Shown one piece after another: positions 26,001 through 37,200 of a stretch of 64,000 nucleotides of DNA (the first letter of the stretch is position 1; each line of letters starts with the position of its first letter). Source of the stretch: a virus; the IMG/VR virus record IMGVR_UViG_3300042868_004707, positions 1 through 64,000 of that record; one strand, 5' to 3'. The notes under the pieces are model-generated. The model had not been told where the DNA came from and ran no database searches. It saw only the letters and a program-made list of their open reading frames with translations. The translations under genes and the position numbers were made by a program.

Positions 26001-28207
26001 AAATCAGACTTGTATCTATCCATTAACATAGACACTTGTTTGTTTAATATCTTTGCTTGATTGATTAATGGAACAATGTTTCCTTTGATTTGTAAGTGTC
26101 TAATAGCTTTATAAAGAGAGTTTAATTGCTCTGCTTTATTTGCTTTTTCAGCATCTGAAACTTTCTCTTCAGAAAGTTTTTTATATGTATTGTTTAGTTT
26201 CTCAATAAGAGTATCTATTTTTTTATTTCCTGTTTTTTCTTGTGTTATACCTACAGGAAGTAAATAGTCTTCTGTAATATTTTGAACATTAACATCACCT
26301 ATCTTTATAGATCTTAACCTAGGAAGAATTTCTTTTTCATAATCAGCTTGGGTATATATTGCTAATATAGGAATCATTCTAGTTTGTTGGAAATCTTGAT
26401 TTTTTATATCATAATTAGAAATAAGAATATTTTTATAGTCTTTCATCTGCATTTCCCATGCTTTCACTTTATACCAAGGAACGTCTTCATATCTTTCTGT
26501 ATTAAGATCCATAAACTTCCAGTCAAGTATATTCACCTTTCCTTCAGGAGTGATGGCTAAAAAGTCTATTGTACCAGATACACTTCTTTTAGGATCAACA
26601 ATTTTCACCTCAGACATAAATCTAGTTCCATCTTTAAAAGAATTAAGTCTATCTCTTAAATTATTTTTAAGAGCAATATATATATCTCTATCTATATTGT
26701 TTAATTCATTCATGTATTCAGAGTCATCTAAAAATTCTTCTCTTAGAAGTCCTGTTTCTGGATCAACAAAAACTTCTTGTGCATGTTCAAGTGCAGCATG
26801 TTTCTCTGTACCCTTCTCAGCCTTAAGATCATTTACAGCTTTGACAAATTCATCTTCATTAAGATCTGTTCCAAACAATCTTTCATAAAACTCCTTAACT
26901 CTATCACTCACTCTATATTTAATCTTCTCACCATTAACAACATATCTCCCATCTTCTGTAGTAATTTGTTCAGAAGTTTCTTTTATTGAATTAAACACTC
27001 TCTCTCCTTCTGTCAATTGGAAATAAGCACTTCCTTTAGAAACATCAATGTCTTCTACACTTGCTAACCTACCTAATAAAACATCCATAGAAACTTTATC
27101 AAATCCTGTCTTTAAAAATCTAGGAGTTAACCAATCAAGAATTTTCTGCCACCAATTTCTTCCTACAACATCTTGCATTCTATCTGCTAACACTTGAGCA
27201 ATAGCTTCTTCTTTAAGTTTAACAATATCACGTTTTCCATCTTTTTGATATAATGGATGATCTCCATATAAAGCAATCACTTCATTTAATTTAGGATGAT
27301 TATTGATTTCTTTAAGAAGTTGTTGATATAATTTAGGATTTGTTTGTTTAACAATCTCTACAGCAAAGTGCATAGCTTCTTCTGGTAAAGCAACATTCTC
27401 TTGTCCTTCTACCACTTGAATAAGCTTCTGCATTATAAGAGCTACACCATTAGCATCTTGTTTCTTTCCATTTACAACAATATTACTAACTAATTGATAA
27501 TCTACACCAATTTGTTTAATGAATTCCTTCATCAATTTAATTAGTTGTGGAGAAGCAGCCTTCTGTCCTTCTTTAGGAAGTTGAAACATTGCTTTTTCTT
27601 GTCCTGCTACAAATTCTTTAAATCCTTCTACATCTTGTTTAGAACCTAATATATGAATTTGTTCTGGGTTAGTGACAACAATAGTCTTACCTTCTTTCTG
27701 ACCCGCATCCTGTCCTATTACAGCATCTACACCATCTTTAATCAAATCTTTAGGATTTACAAATTTACCATAAGTTTCTCTTAATAATTTTCTCTCAGTT
27801 TCAATATAAGGATTTACAGAATTAATTAACATTGGTACTGCTACCCCTGCTATATAATCATTAAAATTTAAAGCATACCATTTACTATCTGTTGTGTATA
27901 TAACTTCACTTCTAGGTTTTTCTTTTAAATCTGCTCTATCTTTACTTGTAGCTCTATAAACAATATCTTTCACTTTACTATCAGGAAATATAGAATCTAA
28001 GTATTGAGAGTATTGTTGTTCATTACCTATGTTAGATAATTCAGAATTACTATTAAATAAATCTTCTACTCCTGGTTTAATATAAGAATATTCATTTTGA
28101 GGAACATCACCTTCATATTTATCCCATAAATAATATGCTGTGTCCTCCCCACGAGAGGACACTAACATTTTCCAAGACTCTAAATTTTTATTTGGACAAG
28201 TTGCCAT
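23048..28207 (-). CDS. giant multidomain virion cargo/ejection protein (ART-like, degenerate zincin and PD-(D/E)XK domains)
   Basis: 1719 aa next to vRNAP; QYSQYLDSIFPDSKVKDIVYR...PEQIHILGSKQD, LPEEAMHF, GTIDFLAI...ILDWKF. Confidence 0.75.
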   Translation of the reverse strand: MATCPNKNLESWKMLVSSRGEDTAYYLWDKYEGDVPQNEYSYIKPGVEDLFNSNSELSNIGNEQQYSQYLDSIFPDSKVKDIVYRATSKDRADLKEKPRSEVIYTTDSKWYALNFNDYIAGVAVPMLINSVNPYIETERKLLRETYGKFVNPKDLIKDGVDAVIGQDAGQKEGKTIVVTNPEQIHILGSKQDVEGFKEFVAGQEKAMFQLPKEGQKAASPQLIKLMKEFIKQIGVDYQLVSNIVVNGKKQDANGVALIMQKLIQVVEGQENVALPEEAMHFAVEIVKQTNPKLYQQLLKEINNHPKLNEVIALYGDHPLYQKDGKRDIVKLKEEAIAQVLADRMQDVVGRNWWQKILDWLTPRFLKTGFDKVSMDVLLGRLASVEDIDVSKGSAYFQLTEGERVFNSIKETSEQITTEDGRYVVNGEKIKYRVSDRVKEFYERLFGTDLNEDEFVKAVNDLKAEKGTEKHAALEHAQEVFVDPETGLLREEFLDDSEYMNELNNIDRDIYIALKNNLRDRLNSFKDGTRFMSEVKIVDPKRSVSGTIDFLAITPEGKVNILDWKFMDLNTERYEDVPWYKVKAWEMQMKDYKNILISNYDIKNQDFQQTRMIPILAIYTQADYEKEILPRLRSIKIGDVNVQNITEDYLLPVGITQEKTGNKKIDTLIEKLNNTYKKLSEEKVSDAEKANKAEQLNSLYKAIRHLQIKGNIVPLINQAKILNKQVSMLMDRYKSDFEGKEKEDIPQEKINAFAGMIRIHLEALAPYLDLRLLRSSIDDSTEEGLKLKTEINNTLEKVENYIADLEDLDETFGEKFNEASSTPEKVVKGISKWLSNMATLQVVNIQELYKKANRAFALSEIETLEEVKKLSTLKENYEKWASSKGLSVKNYFDILMKKDKNELIDEFDRKFYDELKARIAKKDHAWVIENIDEQAYRDYIEDKIEEETKRIFALPVVGTKEEAQAKVKKQLAKMYNKYSLENRKANGWLSYVDVRQFPKRDKWESAEWKELNKPENEPVKKFYDYIIERNNYYQKIEYLHGNKARKFLPWIRKGFVEGLAFDGATRGMGEQFLRNISMDEAEAGYGQTDPTTGELINVVPKYFTKDFGEGYSTDLFKTMALYNQYAIKFKNLKDIEESALQLLRIERNKKSIMTSRFGRLVKEGDDFKYVDNSENSQLLEDLIKAVIYQQKYIESEVFDAYLGKISGFGKNINDKLGMKIFPEDLEERQLSANKLIDTVNTQFQLTTLGLNSLSAISNLFGGTANGIINAGKYFTKLDYVKTQMWFLTNKMQGTILGKSSLGDDPKKALAALDYFLPFVESYNRDAAKKLSLNKFDEQQLQDFLMFMMRSGEQAVQTLNFYAFLKNAIVVDGKIVNVREYLRKTDEYKNFYTGTQEERKQRADKFDKDVEALIDEKGVLKLGEVKDGEFVIPGVDKKSDSVIEFRRLVQSFTSDALGSMSEENRRKANMNVYAASMMVFKNWIPRLVDVRIGNMKYNAASDAYEWGRMRMIFGMLTTDIMKSINSTKAAIGGDGDVWLAQVRELYEKKRKEYKDKTNKDLDMTEDEFIFLVNQNIKNQVTDLVILLSISTLLAGLKAAAPDDDEEAIVKNQWKFYVKATDKLKDELMYFYDPTTPFDLLGKGIVPSLGLLENYAKFTKEFALQNFGMVVGDEEIQDDAKPIKYLMKSFPISNQAAGYLPMFYPELAKDLGIKMQGQYGIR

Positions 28208-28208
28208 A

Positions 28209-31200
28209 TTAACATATTGATTTTAAAATTTTACCTATTTCTTTTGGATTATATCCTAATGCTTCTAACATATTACTGTTGATGTCAGACTTGTTATATT
28301 CTTTACCATCTTTCAATGTTAGTTTGTCTTCAAATAAACCTAATTGTTCTCCTGGTTGTACTACTTGTTCAGCAGAAACTTCTGCTGGTAAAGATACAAC
28401 TTCTTCTGCAATTCCTGGATTAATCATAGAAACTATTTGATCATCAGACATTTCATTAGAAACTCTCATTGATCCATTATCAATAACAGAACGTGTGAAG
28501 TTTGTATTCATCTCTACAGCTCTATTACCATCTCCATATACATTGATAAGTTTGTAATAATATTGTCTTCCTACTTTTTCATCATATGTAGAAAGAGGAA
28601 TAGGATTGCCAAATTCATCCAATGATTTTGTATACACCTTCTTGTAATAGTATGCATCAAATAAATTGAAATCACCTTTCTTCATCATGTATGCATAATC
28701 AGCTTTAGAAATCTCTGTTCCTGTTTCAACATTAAACTTCTTACCTTCTTTATCTGAAATAACTTTAGGCACCTTAATGAAATCTGAAGCTAATTGAAAA
28801 GAATTATATTGTTCGCTAAGCTTTACTAATGTTCTATTTGCTCCAAATCCAGCTATAGAAAAATTAGGAAACGTATGAATCAATTTATTTTCTCCTGTTA
28901 TAGGATCAAACATATATTGTTCTTTATCATATTCTCCTGTATTACGATTAGGAAATGGTTTCCATATAACAGGTTTGAAATCTTCAAACAATTCTGAATT
29001 TGTAAAATTGTTTCTTTCAAACATTGCATTCTCAAAGGCTTTTAAAGAATTAGATGTTTGTAGCTGTTGGAATATTGGAGCAATCTTTTTAGAATAGTCT
29101 TCTATAGGAATAATGTTTCTTATAGAAATAGCAGACTGTCCTGTTCCTTGTAATATAGAAACATTAATTATGTCATCATACAACTCTTTAAGATCTGAAT
29201 TCTCAGAATCTCTTAACTCTCTCATCATTCCTGTATACAAGTTCTCACTATATGCATCTTTAATATTTGCTTTAATAGTGATAGATTTAGCAGATCCTTC
29301 TCTGTTACCTAATACAGGAGCAAGATCTTGTATCAATTGATTAGAAGGATATTTTTGTTTAGCTTGCTCTAATTTATTCACAATAGATGTTGCACTGTTT
29401 ATAAGAAATGGTTCAATCATTTCTCGAACAGTTGTATTGTTTTGAATAACAAAATCTATAAATGAATTCTTAATAAGATTAGATATTTTTTCATAATCAT
29501 TCAAAGACATATACTTCTTCGTAGCATATCTTTTCAATGTACTCAATGTATATGCTTTTATCTTAGGGTTTTCTGTAACCATTACAGCTCCTAAAGCTTG
29601 ATAAGAGTTAGAAAGTAATTCTGAAAGTTTTCCAATAAATGTCTTAGCTAATACATCATTTACATTTGATATCAAATTATAGTTAGCAGCATTCATTGTT
29701 CCCCATTCTTTTTTCAAATATGTATCTGAACTACTGAATCTAGTTGTATCATAGTTTGTAGCTTGTGTATAAGAAAACAATTGATCTGCTAATATTTTAT
29801 ACTTAACAAACTCATTAAGTATTAATTGTTGCTCAGCGTTTTTCTTTGCATCAAACTTTTTCTTTTCTCCATACTCCTCGATATTCTTTAACAACCCATC
29901 AACAGATATCTTTGTGTCTTTTAATTGTTGTTCTGTTGTAGGAAATAAAGATTTTATATAATCTAAATCATCGTTACTCATTACATTCTTACTCCCTTTA
30001 GAATCTAAGTATTCTAAATACTTATCTATGATAGGTTGATTCAAGAAATAGATTCCTGAATTTCCAGCACCAATAGATTCTAAGAACATGAATGTAGATA
30101 CCACTGTATCACTTTTTATAATCTTAGTGATAAATGGTTTGTTAGCAATATCCACAAATGCTGTAGCATATCCAGAAAGTCTTTGAGAGATTAATTGAGT
30201 ACCATCTTCTGTCATTGTACCAGATAGAGAAACATATTTTCTACCGTTTATATCCACTGTATTGTGTGGAAGAATAATATCAAGATCTTTAACAAAACTT
30301 CTTTCTCTTTTATCAAGTAAAGCAATTTTAGAATCATCTAAATACACCTTAGACTTTTGTCTTAAAGAAAGATTTGTAATATTAACAGCAGCAATACCCA
30401 CCCATCTCTTACCAGTGATGAATGCATGACGCAGGTTAGTCATATAGTTTCTATTAATAAGTCTTGCTTTAATATCTCCTTCATCATATCCTTTTGCATC
30501 ATCTAACACTTCAGACATAGTTTCAAGACCACCATCATCAACAGGAGAGATTAATCTATTAAAGTTTTCAGGAAGCGTAAGAAGTTTTTCTAATGAAACA
30601 TAGTATTCATTCTCTAATGCTTTCTTATACATCTTCTTAACATAATCCAATTTTAATTGATCATTTAATTTTTTGATAGCAAGTTCATTTTTAGACTCAT
30701 CTAACTTTGCTTGTTGATTAATTATATACTCAGAAGGACTTAATCCTTTTTCAGAAGATTGATCTATCATTTCTTGCAAAAGAGTGTAGTGATAATTAAA
30801 GAAATCTATTTGATCATTAGTCATCAATGATGCAATATCAGATGTTCCTTCTACACTAGCTCTTTCTATAAGTTTTAATACATCAATTGTTTTACTTCTA
30901 AACTCATCATATTTTTCAATCTTATCAATCTCTTTTTGTATTGTAGTTTCCCACACCTTAGAATAAAAATCTTTTGTAGCTTGCTCAGATCCTTTATATG
31001 AAACTAATCTAACATCTCCATTCTCATCTACATATATAGATTTAAGATAGGTGCTTAATTTATCAATATCAAAATCCGATCCTGCTTTAGTAGTAATTTC
31101 AGAAGGAACTACCACTGTATATCCCATATACTCTGGAAGAAATGCCTTCACTCTAAACACTTCAACTGAAGACAATGCTTGTGTAGGAATACGAAAACCT

Positions 31201-34200
31201 ATACCTGATAAAATCTTTTTACCATCAGGTGTTTTATTTAAATAATCTATAAGTTGATCGTCTGCATAATCTTTTAACTTACCTTTTTTTAATTCTTTAG
31301 CAAACCAGTTAGGTAACATCACTTCACAATATGGACTTTCAGGAGTATAGAATTTAAGTGTGCTATCTGTTAACATAACATCTTTCTTTTCTTCTTCTGT
31401 AAGAGTATCATATTCTTTACGAGTAATTTTTTTCCATTCTCCATCTATTTTTCTTACTAAATCTCTTCCTTCTGTAGCTTTCTCAAACATTGTAACAGGA
31501 ACCTGTACGTGAGGAGCTCCACTCATTTTAGGAGAAACTAATGCATTGTTAACTAATGAATAAAGAATACTCTTTATTTGTAAGTAGGAAGGAGATGCTT
31601 CAAATGGAATTAAGAATTGTTGTGTTTCTGGATTTAATTCAATTGTATCTTTTGCATTCTCAGAAAGTTCTCTTCTTAACATTTCACCCATTAATGTAGC
31701 AGAAACAGCAGAACCATTTTCCATTACAAAATCTCCATCTATATCTACTACACCAAGTCTTTCTAATAAAGTGTTATATGCATTCTCATTCATTAAGTTT
31801 AAGAACTTCATGTTCTCTTCATAAACTTCTTTTATTTCTTTTTGTCTTTCTGGGGTAGCACCAATTGCTTCTCCATTATTGTAAAGGTCCATACTAGACA
31901 TTTTAGTTAACTGAGATCCTCTAGTTTGTGTCTTCTCTCCTTCAGACATAGTTTCTACTTGTGTACCATATATAGACCAAGGCACTTCAATAATGTTCTC
32001 TATAGGAGATTCATTAAACTTACCACCTGCATTGTAGATATTATGTGGAGTTTCAACTCCCACCTTTCTACCAGATACAACAATACCATAACCAATTCCT
32101 TGGTCAAACATCTTAAGATACATTTTCTCAAGACTTTTTCCTTCTACCATATGATAGTAAAGAGGCATTTGAGATGTTTTATCTAATACAAGATCAATCT
32201 CTGTTTTGTTAGCTTTGTTTCCTGATACAATAGGTTTTCTTACAGCCAGTTTGTATTTAGGTATGTCTTTCTTTATAAGATCAGCATCTCTTTTATTTAA
32301 AGCACTCTTTTCATATGCTTCTTTTAATTCTTTTGTTTTGAATAGATCTTTCTTTAAAAAAGCTTGTCTTGTATAAGCCATTTGCCATTGATGAAAAGCT
32401 TCAGCTTCAACACTCCATTGTCCTTCTTTAAGAGCAATTTCTTTATGTGTATTATCCATTAACCAAGACATTGCATCTGTTTCATCAACTTTAGCATATG
32501 CAGTATTTATATTAGCAAGACTACCAACTACATCTACATTACTAAACGTTGCTGTGTTTGTATGTGATTTATATTCATGATTACCAGGAACTCCTTTTTC
32601 TAAAGCTATTCCATCTACAGAGTTATATGTTCTTTTTAAGAAGTTATTAAACTCTGGATGATTAAATGTTCTTCTTCTTGGAGATAAGAAAGATTTAATA
32701 CGTTTAGTTTCATCTAGTTTTCCTTTCTCAGTTTTAAATTGATATGGATCTCCAAATATAAACTTGTGGTATTCAATGTTATTTATCTCATAGTTCAAGT
32801 TTAGGAAGTTTATAATATTCATCACTTGATCTTTAGAAAGATCTCCTGTTAATCTATATTTGCTTATAAACTCTGAATCAAGTCCCATAAACATATATTC
32901 ATTCTCTCCAACTTGAATTATTTTTCTATTATTCAAAAGAATATTAAATGTATCTTCTGATATAGATTCAAATGTAGATTTTATAGATGCATTAATTGCT
33001 TCTTTGTTTTTAGAAACTTCTTTTTGAATATCTGTAAATGTTTTTGTATTATCTTCAATCATCTTCTCAATCTTCTCAACAATTGTTGAAGGTAGAAGAT
33101 CTTTCATAAATCTCAACTCTTGAGATTTATCTCTTACATATTTATTTTGTTTTCTATCTTCTAAAGCAAGATTGATTTCATCTTCTAGATATCCATTGTA
33201 AATACTGTAAACTTTATCCCAGTGATTTCCTTCAAGAATATCATCCATAGAAATAACATTCCCTAGATTCATCATCCATTCTGTTGAACTATCTCCAGGA
33301 ATAAGAACATAATATTTACCATTGATGTTCTGATTCATTTCTTGTATAAAACGATCTCCTAATTCTAATCTTGCTGTTGTTTTATTCTTTCCTGTAAAAA
33401 GATTTTTACTTCCTTGAATATATTCAACTTTTATTTCAGCAATTCTATTTCCATCTTTATCAAAAAACAATCCACCTTTCTTAAGAATCTGACTTCCTCT
33501 AGAGAATACATCTTTTAACTCAGGTCTTTTCTCAAGAAGTTCATCTAATGTTTTAGACTCATTAAAATCATTCTCAAAATAAGAAGGAGCATCATTTTCT
33601 GCAAAAGAACTAATACGTTGTCCTTCTACACCAAAATATGTAGAGTCTTGATTAGGATTGTTTACTTTTACATACAGTTCAGCTAATGTTCTAAGAGGAC
33701 CATTAATGTCTAATTTCTCAGCATTAAATGTCATCAATTCATTGTTCTTACCTAAATAAGTATGTATTTTATCTACAGCATCTGTAAATTCTTTAAGTTC
33801 AGAAGATTTCTTTCCTTTTATAATTTGTTCTTTATTACTTAAAGCTTCATATGTTCCAATAGGAAATTCCACTCCTATCTTAGCAAGGAAGTTTATTTGT
33901 TCTAATGGTTTCTTAACAGGAATGTCAGCAAGTGCAGCAGTGTTAATTCTATAAACTTTACTTTGTCTAGCATAGCTAATTATTCCTCCAGGACCTTTAC
34001 CAATCACCTTCATATTATCAACCCATCCATCAACTGTTTGATTAATGATTGTAAATATGTTAGCTGGTGCAGAATACACTTTTAAATCATCAGAAGTATA
34101 TTGTATTACAGCTTCAGGTTTTTGTCTAGAGAATGTGTTAAAGAATTGTATAAACAATCTCCAATCTGATTCTTTAAATTCTTGATTACTAAAATCAATT

Positions 34201-37200
34201 GTATGTGTTTCAAGATTTCCTCCTAATGCTCTGAACAAAGGAAGATAGTTAGAATCTTCTTTAGCAAGTTGAACTAACTTCTCTATGAATACATCAACAT
34301 CATTTGTATTATGTAATCTATCCATTAATGTTACAAACACTCTATTAAAGTTCAAAAGCTTAAATCCTACATCAGATAACTTTTCTTCAGCAGGTTGTAA
34401 CTTTTTACCAACTTCAATATTAGTTTGATTTAATGCATTTCTTTCTGTAAGTGTAGACAATAAAAACTTAAGAGCACCTGTAGAATATTTCTTCCAATCT
34501 GTAGAGAAAGGATCTTGTGCATATTCTTTTCCTGTTCTTTCTTCATCATTGATAGAAACAACCTCATCTGCATTTATAGTAACACCAATTGTTTTTAAAT
34601 ATTCTGTAGCACGTTTAACTAATTGATTATATCTATTTTCTCCAAGAGCATCTATTTCTCCAAGTTCTTCATATTCATCTCTTAAAATGTTTAGTACATC
34701 AGCACCTGACATCTTTTCTGGATTGAATAAAAGATCTTTTCTTCCTTCTTGGAATATAATCATTTTCATCTGAGCAACCATATCCTGAACATAATCATTT
34801 GTTTGTTGCTCTGTTAATCCTTCAACAGCTCTATACTCAGGAGCATAAGATTTAACTCTCTCAGATATTTTAGCTTCTTTATATTTACCAGAATCAATTG
34901 CTTTGAATAATGATTCTTTTAGTGATGGTTTAGTACCAAATGTTTTAAAGAAGTTCATTATTCTATTGAATAACTCTTTGATTTTTGATAAAAGAGATTT
35001 AGCTTTAATTTTACCAAGTCTAAAATCAGCAAAGTCATCAGCAATTCTTTCCTTAATCATTCTATTTGTTACAGTAGGATCTGAATAATCATACTTCTTA
35101 CCAGATTGTCTATCTGTAAACTGTCCTTGTTGATTTCTGAATTCATTTAATATAGCTTCTCTTTCACTCTCGCTTAAGAATGAAGCCCATATTCCTTCAA
35201 ATATCTCATGATATTCTGTACCTTTTAATCCACCACGAACAAACTTAGCAACACCTTCTTCAAATACACCCCAAGCTTCTTCATTCTCATTCACTTGAAT
35301 CATTCTATCCAAAATTTGAAATGGAATACCAGAAGCATTTTTAGCATGCCAAGCTTTAAACTCTTCAAGTTCTGCATTAGTCATTCTATCAGAAACATCT
35401 GCTCCAACCATTCTGAATTCACTAGGACCATTTTTACCTCTTTTTCTTTTAGATGGGTCGTATGGAGCTTCAGCAGGTTTGCTTCCTTCTAAAGCAGCTA
35501 ACTCAGCATTATAATTAGCTTCAAGCTCTTCTGATACTTGTATCCAACCTCCTTTATATTCTTTACCTTTATAGAAACCAGTTTCATATACTTCTTTAGA
35601 AGCTGCTCTTATCTCTTCCTCTTTTCTTTTTTCTATATCAGCTTTCTTAGCTTCTATATCAGAAACTTCTTCTACAGTTGTAGTAGGAGCTTTTTCTAAA
35701 GCAGCTAACTCATCTAATAAAGCTTTTGGATTTTCTGAATAGTCAGCCTCAAAAGGAATTTCTTTTTCATCACTAAAGCCACTAGTAGGTCTTTGTTTAT
35801 AATCTACAACTAATGAATCAGTAGTTCCATCAGGATATACTATTTCAAAAACTTCACTACCTCTACCATACTGATCTCTTTGAGATTTTACAAATGTCAC
35901 CTTAGTACCATCTTCAGTAAACTTAACTGTTCCTGGAGTTACTGTACTAGAGAAACCTAAAGATCTTCCTTCTATACTTTTAAGTTTTTCTTTGATTTCA
36001 GTTTTTCTATCTTTCTGAACAGGAGAAGCTTCTGCAACTACAGGAGCTGGTTTAGAACCTTCTGCTTCTAATGTTTTACCTAGTTCACTTTCAATTCTTA
36101 ACTTAACAAACAGTTTAGCTTTTTCTTCGTTTGTAGATTCATCTAAATCTATTGTTACAATGTTTTCTGGAAGAGCACGTAAGTTACCATCAACAGCTGC
36201 AATCAATTGTGGCTCTGTGGAAAGTTTAGTAATTGTTTCATTATTTTTAACATCTACAACAATTCTATTATCAGGTGTGATTGTTCCTGTAAATAATACA
36301 GGACCTGTGTTAAATTCACCAAAAGTGTTCACCTTTTCTGAATTCAATTCATATTTACCAATAACAATTCCTCCTGACACTGTTGGTTGAGCAGGAGCTG
36401 GTTTTGGTTTAGCTGGAATTTTATCATAAGGAAGAACATTCCCATCTGTAATATATGAATACTTCTGTTTATAAGAAGCTTGTGTTTGTGTTGGAGCAGC
36501 TGTATGTGTTATTAATGGAGTTTCTTCTGTTGATCTTTTAGAACCATCAGGATTTTTTCCAGATAATAAATATGATTGATAGTTAGGCCATTGAACTTTT
36601 GTTATGTTTCCATCTTTATCAGCTCTATATTCTGTAAATGTTTTAGACGTACCTAATTTAAGAGTGGTGTTATTCGCTGTAATAAATGCATTTTGTAATA
36701 CATCCATTATCTCTTGTTTACTTTCAGAAACTTTAGACAATGGAAATGCTTTACCACCAACATTAAATGTCATGTTAATAGTATCTATTCCTATTTGACT
36801 AGGTGTCTTAGTATCTCCTTTAGATTTCCAGTAAAGAACATTCTGTAAGAAGTTAGAATACGCATAGTTAATCTTAACAGGTTTACCTGTATTAGATTGC
36901 ACAATCATCTCTTTAGATATAGCTTCAACTAAACTGAATATAGTGTTTGCTTGAGAGTTTGTTAAATTTTTATTATTCAAATAATCTAAAAGATCTCCAT
37001 ATTGAATTAATGTTGTTCCTGCAGGAAAAGATAATAACTCTCCTTTATGTTGAATCTTTCCTGTTGTAACAATTTGAATAAGTCCTTCTGTGTTAGCAAT
37101 AATGTCTTCAGCATTATCACCAAGAATAACTCCTACATTATTATTTTCTCTTACACCATTAATTTTATTCTGTCTAGGAATTCCTCTAGAGATGTCAAAT

